Shown piece after piece: positions 11,363 through 24,806 of a stretch of DNA of 64,000 nt (position 1 is its first letter; each line of letters starts with the position of its first letter). This DNA is from Lama glama (lineage: Eukaryota), in the NCBI GenBank assembly GCA_028534125.1, contig CM052832.1, forward strand, positions 20,400,001-20,464,000, written 5' to 3'. The position numbers and the translations under genes are program-made. The notes below the pieces were generated by a model, which saw nothing but the letters and a program-made list of their open reading frames with translations, was not told where the DNA came from and did not search any database.

Positions 11363-14069
11363 TAAATAATTCTTAATGGGGGGAAATTTCTACACACTTT
11401 ATGCTTTCTTAAGGAACCTGGGTCTCTTTTAAAGAATATACTGTATCCCACTTCCTTTGCTTATCTAATCATTGAACTATGAACTTCACTAGTACTGATC
11501 ACAACTTGTGGACCTTGTTTATTTTTACCCTGTTAGAGGCAATCATTTCATGGATTTTTTCCCCTGAGGTAGTTCATTCACCATGAAGATTGTACACAGA
11601 GGATAATCTCATTCTTGTCAAAAATGTTTAAGAAAAACATTGTTTAAGAAAAATGCTGAAGTAAATAAAACAGAAATAATTCAAGAATAAAGAATTAAGA
11701 CAGGCTACCTGTTTTCCTGGTTTTTATAGCTCTCATGCCTTGGTCTTGAACATTAACTCAGCAGGGGCCGTCTCTGCAGATGGCATGCTGTAATTCTTCA
11801 CAACAAATACGAGACATCCAGGTGGAAGGAAAGAATGCAGCCTAACTTCATTGAAGCATAATCTCAGGAACTTGGGAAAATCTGACCATCAAACAGAGCA
11901 GCTTGCTAGGAGAATAGCACTTTTCCTGTCCAGACTCTTTTTCATCCTCCTCTGTATCTCTGGTTAATGCAAGGTCAGATGTCAGGACCCCATTTTCTCA
12001 AACTATGAATCATAAACAGCTCTACCCTTGGCTGGTTGGAAGATTCCCGAAAGTTTGAAAGAAGGAGAACAAATGGTCATTTAGGTTTCAAAGTTGGCTG
12101 GACCCTTCCTCACCTTATTTTTTGTTTGGTTTGGTTTTAACTGGTCTGTGTCTGCCTAACACATTAGTCTACTTAGTCCTACAGGTTGAACTGTGACCTG
12201 TGACCTCACTTTGCTTTAAAACAGACCACTCTCATGTGAGACAAGTCCAGATCTGCCTCCAGCTTGTCCCCTAAATACTCTGGCCTCCTTCTCACTCTGT
12301 GCCTACCACCATTCACGTGCAAGTTACAAAAGCCAGAGCAATCTCCAGCCTCCATCAAGGGCACAGCTCCAATTTAAGAGTAATGGCTGGAGTAGGTGTT
12401 ATTTGTACCCTGTGTCAAGCGGTGATTGTTCACATCTGGCTGCAAGCTGAATAGGGCTTTAGATTATTCATAGCAGTTCAGAAAAACCAGTGGTAAAGGG
12501 GCTGGGGCGGGAGAAGGTGGTTTTGACTTATCTTGTGGTTTTCAGGCAAGTCATAAAGTCACCCTATTAATAAAGAAACATAATCAAATATGTTCTTTTT
12601 AATAATAGGAGATCACATGGACATAGACTCGTACATTCCAAGGCTGCAAATTCAAAAGAATTAGCACGTTAAAGTATCAGAGTAGGCATTCTTGCCTGTA
12701 AGCTTCTCTGAGAACGGTATTGATTATGATTCAACAAAGAGGTTGCTACTCACCCACGCGCACACACACACACATGCACATACATGTTAATTTTGGCTAT
12801 AGTTTCACATCTAATGTCTTCACACCAGGGAAACATTCATATTAAAACAATCTCTTTCTCCACTTTTTTTTTCTCCCTTTCCCTCTTCCTTGACCATTTA
12901 GTATAAGGTAAACCAAGAGTACATGCTTGGGGTTCCAATTCTTATACCCAAGGATTAGAATGAAGCCAAAAATAAAAGATGTCTGAATACTGACAGAAAG
13001 ACTCCGAGACATCCTGGCTACTGCTTTTTCTTGAAAGCAATCTCCTGGGGTGAAAAGCACACACAACATCAGATGCTATTCAAATATTTCATCTCATGCA
13101 CTGTGGCAGAGTTGCATAAAAATGTATATGGAAAACGTACCATTTTTTTGTAACAGAAAAATAGAAAGGTTGATAATGATCAGAACTAAAATTTCACTAT
13201 GTGGGAGGTTAGCCACATTTGAGAAATTAAAATAATATATAAAATATAATTTATAGAAAACAACTTATTCTCTCAAAACTATGAAGATCCACTTAAGATC
13301 TTTTTCCCTGAAATGTTTCTCACTCTCTCTTCCAATATTAATTTGCAAAACTGAGTTAGTCCTTGAGCAACAGATAATAAAATATTTTAAAAAGTATGAA
13401 CTTGCCTTGTCATTCTTTTACTATCCTACAATGAGATAATGTAGATTCATCAAATGAGATGATTAAATATGTCTGTTTCTGAAATTACACAATTGAACAT
13501 CAAAGAAACAATGCAGAAAAGATTATTTTTAAGCTGTCATCTTGATAGTTGCCCTTTAAATCACTTTTAGGTAGGACCTTGCACAATACATAAGAAAACA
13601 AGAGAATAAAAGGTGTAAATGGTGGTATTCTGATGTACAAGTGTGCTTTGGGCATTAGTCTTCAGCCCTTAGATAAAACACATAGGATTCTGTTAGGATA
13701 GCATGCCTTTACTTCCTTTAATTTTATAATTTTTTTGTGCAAAATTGGCATGAAGAATAAGAATTTTGCAGAGAGATACACATTCCTGAAATAGAGATTT
13801 CTACATTCAGAGTCTGACTTTTCTAGAGGGTAATTCACAGCAGCATGGTAAAATTCATTCTGCTCTCTGACATGGAAAAGAATGATTTCAATCAAAACAA
13901 TTAATGTTCAAGATGACACATGAAAGAGTCTTTCCTCCTCCAGGGCACTTTTTTTATACTTAGTCCATCCTTGGGAGATGAGCTAGTCATGATCCTGTGA
14001 TCCTCCCTCCGTGTCATCTGTATATTTTGCAGGAGCCAAATGAATGTTTTGCAAGTTTGATTTTAGACT

Positions 14070-14620
14070 TGTGACTACAGGTGATGTGCACTAAGAATTG
14101 CACTTTGTGACCTGTTCCATTGGAGCGTCACAATAAATCACACCTTCTGTATTCACACTTTTGTGTAGTGCCTTCTCCTTAAGTCTGGGCTGGGCCTGAA
14201 AGTCTGTTTAACCAGTAGAATCCTGTGGCAGCAATGATGTTCCAGTTCCAGGCCTAAGCCGGAAGGAGGTCCAGCAGCTTCTGGGTTTGCATCTCTGGGA
14301 GCCCCAGCTTCCAGGTAGGAAGCATGGCTCCCCCGTTCGAGAGACCCTGTGGTAAGACCTATGTGGGGAGCAGAAACCCTGACACTACTGGAGGACGACC
14401 GACAAACCCAGCTGAAAGAACGGAAATAAGTCCCAGATATACGACCCAAGTTGAGCCATTTGGGGGCCATACACACATCTGAGGCACATTCGTGAAAAAA
14501 TCCATTTGGACACTACCACATACCATTTCCTTGTGCCATTATGAGAAATGATAAAAGAGCAGTTGTTTTAAGCCATTAAGTTTCAGAGCTGTTTGCACAC
14601 AGCCGTACATAACCAAAATA
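14070..14620 (+). mobile_element. MLT1 (ERVL-MaLR) solo LTR, MLT1F-H-like
   Basis: tctgggctgggcctg...accagtagaa; ccagttccaggcctaagcc; terminal gttgttttaagccattaagtttcagagctgtttgcacacagc...aaccaaaata. Confidence 0.85.
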
Positions 14621-15064
14621 TTTCTATTGCCTTCACTGCTTTTACATTTTAAAAACTTAAATAGAATTTATTTTTCACAAGTAATAAAACACAGGATCCT
14701 CTTCAATTGTGATGTTCTGTCTTTTCCACCCTCTACTTTGTCTCCTAGACAGAGTGTCACTAAGTTTACTGCAAACAGAGGACAGGACTCTTTAATGGCT
14801 TTAAGTCTTTTTTTAAAAAATAAGTTCATGTGGTCATTTGAAGGAGCCTGCTGCTTCTTCCCTACGTAAAGATATTTTTTTCATGTGTTCTCTCATATGG
14901 TTGGCTTCTAGGTAAAAGAGAACAATTTACTAATCTGAAAATCCCTGAGTCTGGGACAAAGCAAAACAGCCCTGAACTCAGCAGAACACATCTCAATCTA
15001 CAAAACACAATTTCCCTGGATTTGTTCTATCTTCCTGGCTTTAGATTAAGTATCCAGATGATAT

Positions 15065-15145
15065 TTCATTTACTTCCTTCATCTACTCATTCATTAGGCA
15101 TTAAACACACTTGCAAGGAATCTACAATGTGCCAGAAATACTATT
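15065..15145 (-). mobile_element. L2 3' tail fragment
   Basis: tcattcatt...aaacac...ctacaatgtgccag. Confidence 0.5.
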
Positions 15146-15797
15146 TTCCTATCTGCTTCTTTTAACGTTTTTAGTAACTAGTAGATTTAAGGTGATCAAG
15201 TTCAAAAATAATTTACTTCTCCTAGATCTCTTGAAACCAACTAGATAAAAAAAAATCCATCAGAATTAGTACATTATTTTCTATTTTGTGTTTCTCTCAA
15301 TATTTAATATAGGTTTATAAATAAGGAATAAGCATAAAAAATTGGTGGATGGATTCATAAGTGAAGATGAATGAATGAATGATGTGGAATTAAGTAGAAC
15401 AGACGGTTCAATGCTACAATACATCTCACATTAAATGTTTATTCAGGTTTATAGTTAGAAGATAAAATAGAGCCATATTTGGAAAGTAAGAAGAATCTTA
15501 ACTTAGTCCTGGAATTTTCCAAGGGTCAAGAATTTCTCTTGCTCCTTTGAACAACTTACATGTAGTTAAAAGAATAAATAAAATCTTGCCTTGGTGTTGA
15601 ATTTAGTGCTCCCAAATAAAATCACAATAACTCAACCACTTGATCCTAAAAGAGAATTGGAAGTATAGTAGACTTGAAAATAAAGTAAGAAGAGTGGGGT
15701 GGAAGTTTTTAGGATGGACCCTAATCTGTCTTTGTTCTAGAGATAAAACATTTCAAATCTCTCTTGCATAACAAATCACCCAAATAATTTATTTGCT

Positions 15798-16297
15798 NNN
15801 NNNNNNNNNNNNNNNNNNNNNNNNNNNNNNNNNNNNNNNNNNNNNNNNNNNNNNNNNNNNNNNNNNNNNNNNNNNNNNNNNNNNNNNNNNNNNNNNNNNN
15901 NNNNNNNNNNNNNNNNNNNNNNNNNNNNNNNNNNNNNNNNNNNNNNNNNNNNNNNNNNNNNNNNNNNNNNNNNNNNNNNNNNNNNNNNNNNNNNNNNNNN
16001 NNNNNNNNNNNNNNNNNNNNNNNNNNNNNNNNNNNNNNNNNNNNNNNNNNNNNNNNNNNNNNNNNNNNNNNNNNNNNNNNNNNNNNNNNNNNNNNNNNNN
16101 NNNNNNNNNNNNNNNNNNNNNNNNNNNNNNNNNNNNNNNNNNNNNNNNNNNNNNNNNNNNNNNNNNNNNNNNNNNNNNNNNNNNNNNNNNNNNNNNNNNN
16201 NNNNNNNNNNNNNNNNNNNNNNNNNNNNNNNNNNNNNNNNNNNNNNNNNNNNNNNNNNNNNNNNNNNNNNNNNNNNNNNNNNNNNNNNNNNNNNNNN
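15798..16297. other. Assembly gap (exactly 500 N)
   Basis: N run of round size, so probably a placeholder length. Confidence 0.99.
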
Positions 16298-16299
16298 TT

Positions 16300-16430
16300 G
16301 TTCCAATTTTACCTTGTTAAAAAAAAAATCAAGGCTTAGAAAGGTTAAGAAAACTTCAACAGTTCCTATAACTAGAAGGTATCACAGTCAGAGCTCTTTG
16401 CCAGTATCCCGATGTCAATTCCCGTACTTC
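16300..16430 (-). mobile_element. MIR fragment
   Basis: ccaattttac...aaggcttagaaaggttaagaaaact...actagaaggt. Confidence 0.6.
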
Positions 16431-18227
16431 TCCTGGAAACCTTGAGAATTCTCGAAACTCAAGTAATGGCTCCTAAAGAAAGAGAAGCAATGGAGAGTAT
16501 AACCCATTTCCTCAGCCTCATGTATACAACTGACAGCAAAACTTCCAAGAAATACAGCCTTTAGATCGCTAGCATGAATTTTTCATTTCCCTTCTTCTAA
16601 ATAAATTTCAAAGTTATACTCTAATACGACTCCTACTCTTCCATTTTAATCTCTTTCTTTAAGTTCGAGAGACAGAGATGGAGACAGAGACAGACATCTG
16701 GGGAGTAATCCAGATCATGTTTTATGGGTACACACATGTGAGCAGGCAAGCACAGGAAAGTGGTCTTTCCCAAGTGTGTCCTAGCAGACATTTGACTGAC
16801 AGTCATAACAATGGTGACATGACATAGCTTTTCTGTCTTTAGAATACGTGCATCGGCATCTAAAGATAGGCAGCTTTTGGTGCCGTTGCCTCCTGGGTAT
16901 GTCTGTATTTTAAAGAAATACTGAAGTTCCGGAACCCCGTTCCCACTCTGCCTCCTTTCAACATGCTTCCTGAGCAGCTGCTAAGTATAAAGAATCTTAG
17001 AGGAAAAAGTAGAAAGAAGAAGCGAGGAGTGCACACAAGTGAAAGATCGAATATTTCGAGAGGGTATGCAGCAAAAGGGAAAGCAAAAAGTCAGGAAGCA
17101 ATGTGGGTGATAAGAAAACCTGATGGATGGGGTCGGAAGGCTTGAGAAGATTCATATTATAGGGCATCAGGGGAGACAGACATTCTGTTCTCTTTGACTC
17201 GGTTTATTGGGATGACCCACCATCGTCGGCTTAACTCTTGGCTGAAGCTAAGGGGAGACTTATCACGATTTGCTGTGTGAACTCATGTCTGTAATTTCTG
17301 TGACCTGACTATTCAGGGCAAAAATTGTTTCCATTTTTTTCATTTCATGCATCATTTCAGAGTTGGGTAGTCACTGTGTAGAAACTGTGGGTGCCAATTT
17401 TCACAAGTAGAAAAACAAGAATTGCCAGGCCTGCTTTGCCTACATCTGCTTCTCTCATTTCTAAACCAGAGAGGATGGGAGTTAATGAGAACAACTAAAG
17501 TTAACAACAGTGGCTCCTGTGTTTGCATAAGTGTCCCATTTTAACTAAGAGGCAACTGTGCATAATCCCTTCAGAGAATCGGATTGCTGGCTGGCAGTCC
17601 TCTGGAGCAGGAACACCTGCGCGGGGGAGACGCATGACACTCCGTGCGGGGTGCCAGCCCTGGCCTTCCCACCTCACATGCTCAGCATCTGACTGAGGGT
17701 GTCAGTTGCTTCTGAGAGCCAGTTGCTTACAGAAAATAACGACAGCTCTGTGGAGACTCTGTTCCTCTCTTTGCTTTTCTCTCTCAATCTGACTACCCTC
17801 TTTCATACTTCGCTCTGTCTCATGTGGCTTTTAAGCCAAAGCCTGAGACATGGAACCAATTTACAAATATTCAATACAGAAAGCAGAATCTATTTGTCCC
17901 CAAAACATCAGGAGAGCTGTTTGAATAGCAGCTATTGGAAGGCACTTCATGGAGATCATTTTGCTGAGAGTCAAATATTCCCAAGCATGCTAAGGGCAGG
18001 ATCCCTCTCGTGGTTTTAAATCATTGCCTTACCTGACAAGTTCTGTCCTACCATTCTCCTAGCTCTTTGCACATGGCTGGAAGAATGAATGAATGACCGA
18101 ACTCACCAATGAGCTGACAGAGAACTGAATGCCAATTTATATAAATGTGACTAGATCTAGATTTCCTTTTTGCTTTTATAATTTACCTACTCGGATAATT
18201 TTCAGGAAGTAGCTTATTCTTAAGTAT

Positions 18228-18344
18228 TCTTTCTTCTCTTTTCGTTCTTTCTTCTTTTCTTTCTTCTTTCCTTTCTTTCTATCCCTCTCTCTCTCTCTCC
18301 CTCCCTTCCTTTCTCTCTTTCTCTTTTTTTTCTCCTTCCCTTTT
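18228..18344. repeat. Polypyrimidine low-complexity tract (CT/CTTT)
   Basis: Read directly; it produces the K/E/R-rich spurious ORF 18176-18364. Confidence 0.95.
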
Positions 18345-18481
18345 GATGTACTATAGGAAGACAAATCCTTAGATAATAGACCTGATTCTGCCTATGAGAA
18401 CAAGGTTTCTTATTTTTAAAGACACATTAGGGCCATTGTATCCTGACACATATCTCTCTCTTTTTTTTTTAATGTGCATCT

Positions 18482-18995
18482 CCTTTAAAAAAGAAGGAAA
18501 TTCTGCTATTTGTGAAAACATGGGTAAAACTGGAGGCACTATGCTAAGTGGAATAAGCCAGAAAGAGAAAGACAAACACCTCATGATACCACTTACATGT
18601 AGAATTAAACAAAAAAAGAGCAAAGACAGAAAGTTGAACTTGTAGAAACAAAGTGGAAAAGTGGTTGCCAGGGGCTGGGGAGTAAGGGAGATGCTGAGAG
18701 GATGGTAAAGAGGTTCAAGCTTTCAGTTATAAGAGTAAGGTCTGAGGATCTAATGTAAAACATGGTGACTATAGTTTTGATAATACCGTACTGTGTAACT
18801 GAAATTTGTGAAAAGAGTGAATCTTAAATGTTCTAACACATACAAAAAATTAACACGTGATGATGAACGTATTAGTAACCCAATTCTGGGAGTCCTTTCA
18901 CAATGTTAAAGTACATCAAGTCATCACACTGTACACTTAAAATACCTTACGATTTTGTCAGTTATCCCTCAGTGAAGCCTTTTAAATACAAAAAT
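18482..18995 (+). mobile_element. LINE-1 3' end, L1MA8/9-like
   Basis: aagaaggaaattctgctatttgtg; atgctaagtggaataagccag; gtggttgccaggggctgggg; tttcagttataag; catggtgactatagtt; catcacactgtacac. Confidence 0.9.
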
Positions 18996-19182
18996 AATAG
19001 AAATACGTATATTTCCTTCCTAATAGCAATTTGCCTTCCCATCTGTGTAACGAACTTTTCGAAAAAGACAATGGCATCATGCTGATTGTCTGCTCTGGAT
19101 CTAACCTGAAATTATAGTTAGGAGAAGGTCCTGCATAAGTTATTCTCCAGAAGTTCTAGAGTCTTCCAACCATAAGCCAGCC

Positions 19183-19416
19183 TGAGATTTGCAGATACTA
19201 ACTACTATATGTAAAATAGACAAACAACAGTTTATACTGTAGAGCACAGGGAACTCTATTCAGTAACTTGTAGTAACTTATGGTAAAAATAATATGAAAA
19301 CAAAAATATGTTCCTATATGACTGAAGTATTGCGCTGGACACCAGAAATTGACACAACATTGTAAACTGACTATATGTCAATAAAATATTTTTAAAAATA
19401 AAAAAAATTGAAAAAA
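19183..19416 (+). mobile_element. LINE-1 3'UTR fragment, camelid-lineage type
   Basis: gagatttgcagatactaactacta; agcacagggaact; accagaaattgacacaacattgtaaactgactata; A-rich tail. Confidence 0.9.
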
Positions 19417-22400
19417 GAACTTTTACAGATATAAATAAATTACAAATATGGAGATGCGGAGATTAACCTGAAAAAAAAAAAAAAAAGACTCCAGGCAGAA
19501 CAATACCCATGCTCACTGCTAAAACTAGCACCTACTGTTAAATGTTAACAAGGTGGCCAATCAGCAATGTACCCTTACATCTCCTATCAAACTTATCTTT
19601 GAGCTAAAGGTGTCAGTTATAGTACGCCAGACGGAATTGAATATATTCCTTTCTGGGAAATTCTCAACAGGAAAAGAAAAGTTCATCAGATCTGACAAAT
19701 AGCTCAACTGGCACACGCGATGTCAGTGTAGGTCCTGGATATTCAATTAGCTGCAGGTGCTCTCAGCCTAGGGTTTACAGTGCATCCAACTCAAAATATT
19801 AGTGTTAAACTAATTAAGAATGAAATCTAGGCTTACAAATAAAATGTATCTATTAGTGAAATTATCATATTTTCACGCAGAATATAGTATTTAAATTTAA
19901 TAAAAATTGCGTAGTTTTTGGCTGATCTTTAGAAGCTGTGACAGAAGTTCATGTGACCTACATGTTGTTGCATTGTCATCTCCCTTTGGAAATGTCCATT
20001 TCCAACACCATTTTCCCTTTTTTCTTAATTTTTCCTCCTTTCCCTCCATTTTCCTTTCAATCACTTTACTGAATTTTACTTATCTTATTTATTATGGTCC
20101 CATCCTTAACATCATAAGATCTAAGATGAATCCATATGAGAAAGTCCTTCCTGGTAGAAAGAAATGACTGAGATTCCTCTTTTTGGAAATGCTAGGTCAA
20201 TTTTCCTCGTGAAGCTAGAGGTTGGGAAGCTAATCAGGTCTGGTTAATTTCACAAAAATAATTAGAAAACCCTGCCCACAGCTTACATGACACTACCTTC
20301 AACTATCTTCCATTTAGTGGGGGCAGGGGTGGGGGTTTAAAGGTTGGCTGTGTATAAAGCAGCAAAAAAAATACACATCATGGGAACTGAAACTCATAAG
20401 TCTCAATGTCATGAATCTGCAGCTTGTCTTCTCCCTGGTGCAAAGCCAGGTTTTATTTTCCAGTTTTGCATATGAGATTAATGCTAGGAGATTATTATTT
20501 TTTTAAATCTCTCCAGCTTCTATTTAGCATGAAAATCCTTTAAGACACACTGGTTCAAAGGACATTTCACAAGAAACACCAGCTACCAGAGCAATCATTA
20601 CATATTTAACAATACGATCAGTGTGATTTTGACGTTTGAAATATATAAACAGCAAGGAGCAAAATCTTTTCATGTCTATGGCACTTTGTATTCGGGATAA
20701 AATTTGGTAAACTTGATATCTGGAATACTAATCAGAATGCTTGCTACCCATGAAAACAGCAAGTCAGCCATGGAAATGCCTGTCTCATTAACTGTGAAAA
20801 AACACAGAGGGGAAATATAATGTGTTTTAAATATATTCTAGCATGCAGGGAAGTGGAATGGATTTGGAAGGTCACAAGCGGCGTATCTCCCTCACTGTTT
20901 TCTAGGATGTATTTATATAGAATCAGCATAGCCCCAAGATGAGGCATAGAAAGAATCAGTCACCTCATATTCTCGTTTGGAGAGCCAACGAGAGGATTTC
21001 AAATACAGTACGCTATTTGTATTCTTTGGTGCTAAGGCAGTATCTTAAAAAAAAAAAAAAAGATTTTCTCCAAAAACACATGCAAAAGGGTTACCATAAA
21101 ACTTCCTCACTATATAAGTGTGTAAAATTTTCCACCCTTGAAGCTTACATCATATGTATTTCTCAAAAAGAAAAAAAAATTAGCAAACCACAAACACATA
21201 TGCACATACTGGGAAAATTGGATTGCTTTTCTCAACTGAATGAATAAATGCATTTATTGACTTCTCAGTCCCTATTTGAATAGAAACATGTGAGAAGTAA
21301 TCATTTTTATTAAAAAACAAACAAATAAAAATGGGAGTGGGTTGAATACAGAACTGCCAGCCAGGGCAGGTGCTGCTGCTGTTGTCAGCCTTAGTTAGGG
21401 TAACTCATTCTTTCTGGGTTTTGTTTGTTTGTTTGTTTTTTGAGACCTAAAACTCCGTAATGTATTTCCACCCATTGACTGACATAGCTATCTGTCTGGT
21501 GTGAGTTATTCCACCCTATTAAGCAGAATAAGAATATTTGAGATTTTGAAATGTTATCACAACTTTTCATAACAATAAGGATGGGAGAAGGACATTAGTT
21601 CAGGGCACTCTTTTTAGGTTTTACATCTGGGTGTTTACTGATAGAGAAATCATCCCACAAAGAGGCCTCCAAGGCTTTGGATTCCCATAAAACTCTATGA
21701 TCCACTAACTTCAAGAGTGAACTGTTACTTATCCATATAATTATTTGAGTTCTATTTGGTATATGCTTTTTCTTTTAAAATATTTTTCAAGCTTTCTTGA
21801 TGACAGAAACTTAAATTCTCCTGTGAACATCTAGAAATCTGAGTTGTAGATGTATCTGGCAATTTCCCATTTTCCCTTTCTGCGGTTATTTACTTGTCAG
21901 AGTTTCCTTTTCCTTTCTCTCTCTTATCAAAGTTAGGCGATCCGAGACTCAGTCCCACCATGCTTAATCCCACTGGCTGTGGACAAACACTTGCTGAAGT
22001 TATTCATGCAAAAGTGCTCATGGGTCCAAGCATGTGCCTCCCAAAGTTGCATTTTCTAGGAGTTTAGAAAGTAAAGGAAAGAAATGATGCTCTCATGATA
22101 GAACAGGACAACAAACACAAAATTAGGAGACAAAAATATTTTGAAAAACAGTTCTCAGAAAACTGAAACCTGAGAGCCATGAGCAATTAAATCTAAACTA
22201 GGCCAGGAACATTGTCAGAGTAATGTTGCAGAAGTAAACGGACTATGTTAAGAGTCTTGTAATGGGGGAAAGTGTCGGGTGTGCAGTTAGAATCTGGGGC
22301 GAGATTCGGCAAGATGTGTGTTCAGAGAATCAGACAATGAGCTGTCTAAGTCTAGAAATCTGACTTACCTAAGTTGACACAGCTGGTGTTTGTTGGACCC

Positions 22401-22660
22401 AACTGGATTCTAGATCTCCCCAAACCACTCCAGAACTTATTTTCCAAGTTTCTGTGTCTTGAGGCCACGGTTTTCTATCATGTAGTGGATGTAAATATTT
22501 AGTCAATAAATATTTGTTGACTAAATGAATCCTTTTCACTGGCACTATGCTTATTCTAAGCATTGTTCCAGATACGTGAATGTTTCTACACTGAGGAATA
22601 TACCACATCATAGAATATCAGGGCAGACCATTCAGTCTCACTGATTGTTTAGAGAGGCAT

Positions 22661-22749
22661 AGACAGGTAGGTAGGTAGGTAGGTAGGTAGGCAGGCAGGC
22701 AGGCAGATAGATAGATAGATAGATGGATGGATGGATGGATGGATGGATG

Positions 22750-22798
<49 letters not shown>
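22661..22798. repeat. Compound tetranucleotide microsatellite (GGTA)n(GGCA)n(GATA)n(GGAT)n(GATA)n
   Basis: Read directly; it produces the spurious LSIY/PSIH ORF 22649-22915. Confidence 0.98.
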
Positions 22799-22799
<1 letters not shown>

Positions 22800-22929
22800 A
22801 AGTAAAGGTTTTTAAACAGAGAACACTTCCCTACCCCAAACTGAATTTTACATGGACAGGAATTTAATAAAACATACAAAAGTAGAGCCTGTAACAGTTT
22901 TTGTGTGCAGGACACAGTTTCTTCCCTTA

Positions 22930-23120
22930 GTAAATCCTACAGAACTTTAACTGTTAGAAAGCCGTCCATTTCTTTGGCCCAGTCAACCCCACTGAGAAGC
23001 AGAGGGCACTAAGGTCTTGGGGCAATTCACCTAAATCCTCACAGGAATGTCTAAAGCTCAGGTGGGAACTCTTTTCTTCAGATTTGGACCTGCTGTCCTT
23101 CCTGGAATATTACACTGCCT
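22930..23120 (-). mobile_element. MIR3/MIRc-like SINE, very old
   Basis: cagaactttaactgttagaa...ccagtcaacccc...attcacctaaatcctcacag...ttacactgcct. Confidence 0.45.
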
Positions 23121-24184
23121 GTTTGCATATCTCCGAATTTAGCTCTTTTCTTTTCTGTCTTGTTGTTTGTTTACTTGCTTGCTTTGGGTTTGCTTAGGTG
23201 TTTTCAAGTTCTAACATTGATAAGCTGTAATAGTGTATTTCCTAAGTTAGTACTTTTACCAGTCTTTACTATTATCCTTAAAAATCTAGTTTATGCTATC
23301 ACTAACAAGCTTTTGGTCAAATGTAGAACAAAATAAATTCACCAGGCTGAGTTGATTTGATAAAAGTTCAAACTAACGTGGTTTGACACATCACAACAAA
23401 CCACGGAGTCCCAGTCAATTTTGAAGATAAAAATCCTATAAAAACACTTTGCTGAAAGTGTTCTGTTCTTGGTTTCATTGTTCTATAAGATTGAAGTCAG
23501 AGACAATAAAGTTATATTTTTTCTAATTACAAGCTACAATAAGTTGGTGGTTTTCTAATGCAGGATCCATTAATAATGAAAGAAGTGAAAGGACCTCAGA
23601 TACCTAATGTGTACTTTAAAGAGAGAAAGTAGTGGACATAGGTGGAAATTTTTAAAACATGAAATTGTTTAAACATTACACTGGTAATTAAGACAACATA
23701 AAGGTCTGGCCTTTTTTTGTTAAAACACACACATACACCATTTAATGACTAAAGGTAGACACCAAAAGATTTTATCTTCACATTTGCAAAAAAATAAAGT
23801 CTTGAATTAACATCCTCTCACCTGAATAAATTCAGATTTGACACTCAGTGTTCACATTTTGGAGGCTGCTGTGAAACATCAAAGGCCTAAGCACAGTATT
23901 ACTTCAAGTGACTACTACATATAATTTATCACTGAGCTTTGTCATGTTTCTATAATCAAGAAGTTGGTTAGCTTTGGGCATTAGAAAAGAAGTGACAGGA
24001 TTCACTGACATATAGCAACGCTACTAGATATTTGAAAAGAAAAGCTCAGTAAATTAAACTGAAATTTTACCATTTTCAAAGGCATATATATATATATATA
24101 TAAACTACATTCTTCAGATGGCTATAATTAAGATGAGTAAACTGGTGTCAGACTGAGCCAGTTTCAGTTCCCAGACTCAGAGAG

Positions 24185-24440
24185 TCGGTAAGCAATGAGT
24201 CTAAGACCTCAGGAGTCAGACAGCCTGGTTTGGATCTCAGGTGTGACTCTGGATTAGTGGCTAAACTCTCTAACTCACGGTTCCCTTACCTGTTATACAC
24301 TATAGTGTGTGCAATGTCTACACCAGTGTAAGAGTGTAGGACACTATAACAGTAGTGAGGCCACAACTGGTAACTCACAGAGTCCCCATGAGTGTGTGAA
24401 GTGCATTCCTGATAAAATAAAGCAATGGTGATATTCATCG
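24185..24440 (+). mobile_element. MIR with an internal self-complementary insert
   Basis: ggagtcagacagcctggtttggatctcag...ttcccttacctgt, then a non-MIR segment at 24290-24352. Confidence 0.6.
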
Positions 24441-24590
24441 TCACTATTTAAAAAGAATTTGATTTCCAAAAGAAGAACTACTACCTATAAAATAGGCTAT
24501 AAGATATTAAGTATTTTCACTTGATCACTTAATTTGAATTTCAAAATAACCCACAGAGTAGTATAACAGGGTTTATATACTTTTTATGTA

Positions 24591-24806
24591 TAGTTGGCCC
24601 TTGAACAATGCAGGGGTTAGGGGCGCTGACCCTCTGGTGCAGTTGAAAATCTGTATATAACTTTACAGTCGGCCCTCTGTAAGGGTGTTCCAAATCCTCG
24701 GATCCAACCAATCTCAGATCATGCAGAACAGTTTTCACTGAAAAAAAAAGATCTGCATATAAGTGAACCCAAGCAGTTCGAGCCCATGTTATCCAAGGAT
24801 CAACTG
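24591..24806. mobile_element. Tigger2-family MITE (TcMar-Tigger; Tigger2a/MER8-like)
   Basis: TIRs tagttggcccttgaacaa / ttatccaaggatcaactg, flanked by TA on both sides; internal ggggttaggggcgctgaccc and ataagtgaacccaagcagttc. Confidence 0.9.

Noticed and set aside
15798..16297. First gap as another hidden L1
   Set aside because: The flanks show no L1 ends or TSD, so its content is unknown.
15776..16320. Long ORFs of 175-233 aa here and at 53361-54062
   Set aside because: Artefacts of translating through N gaps.
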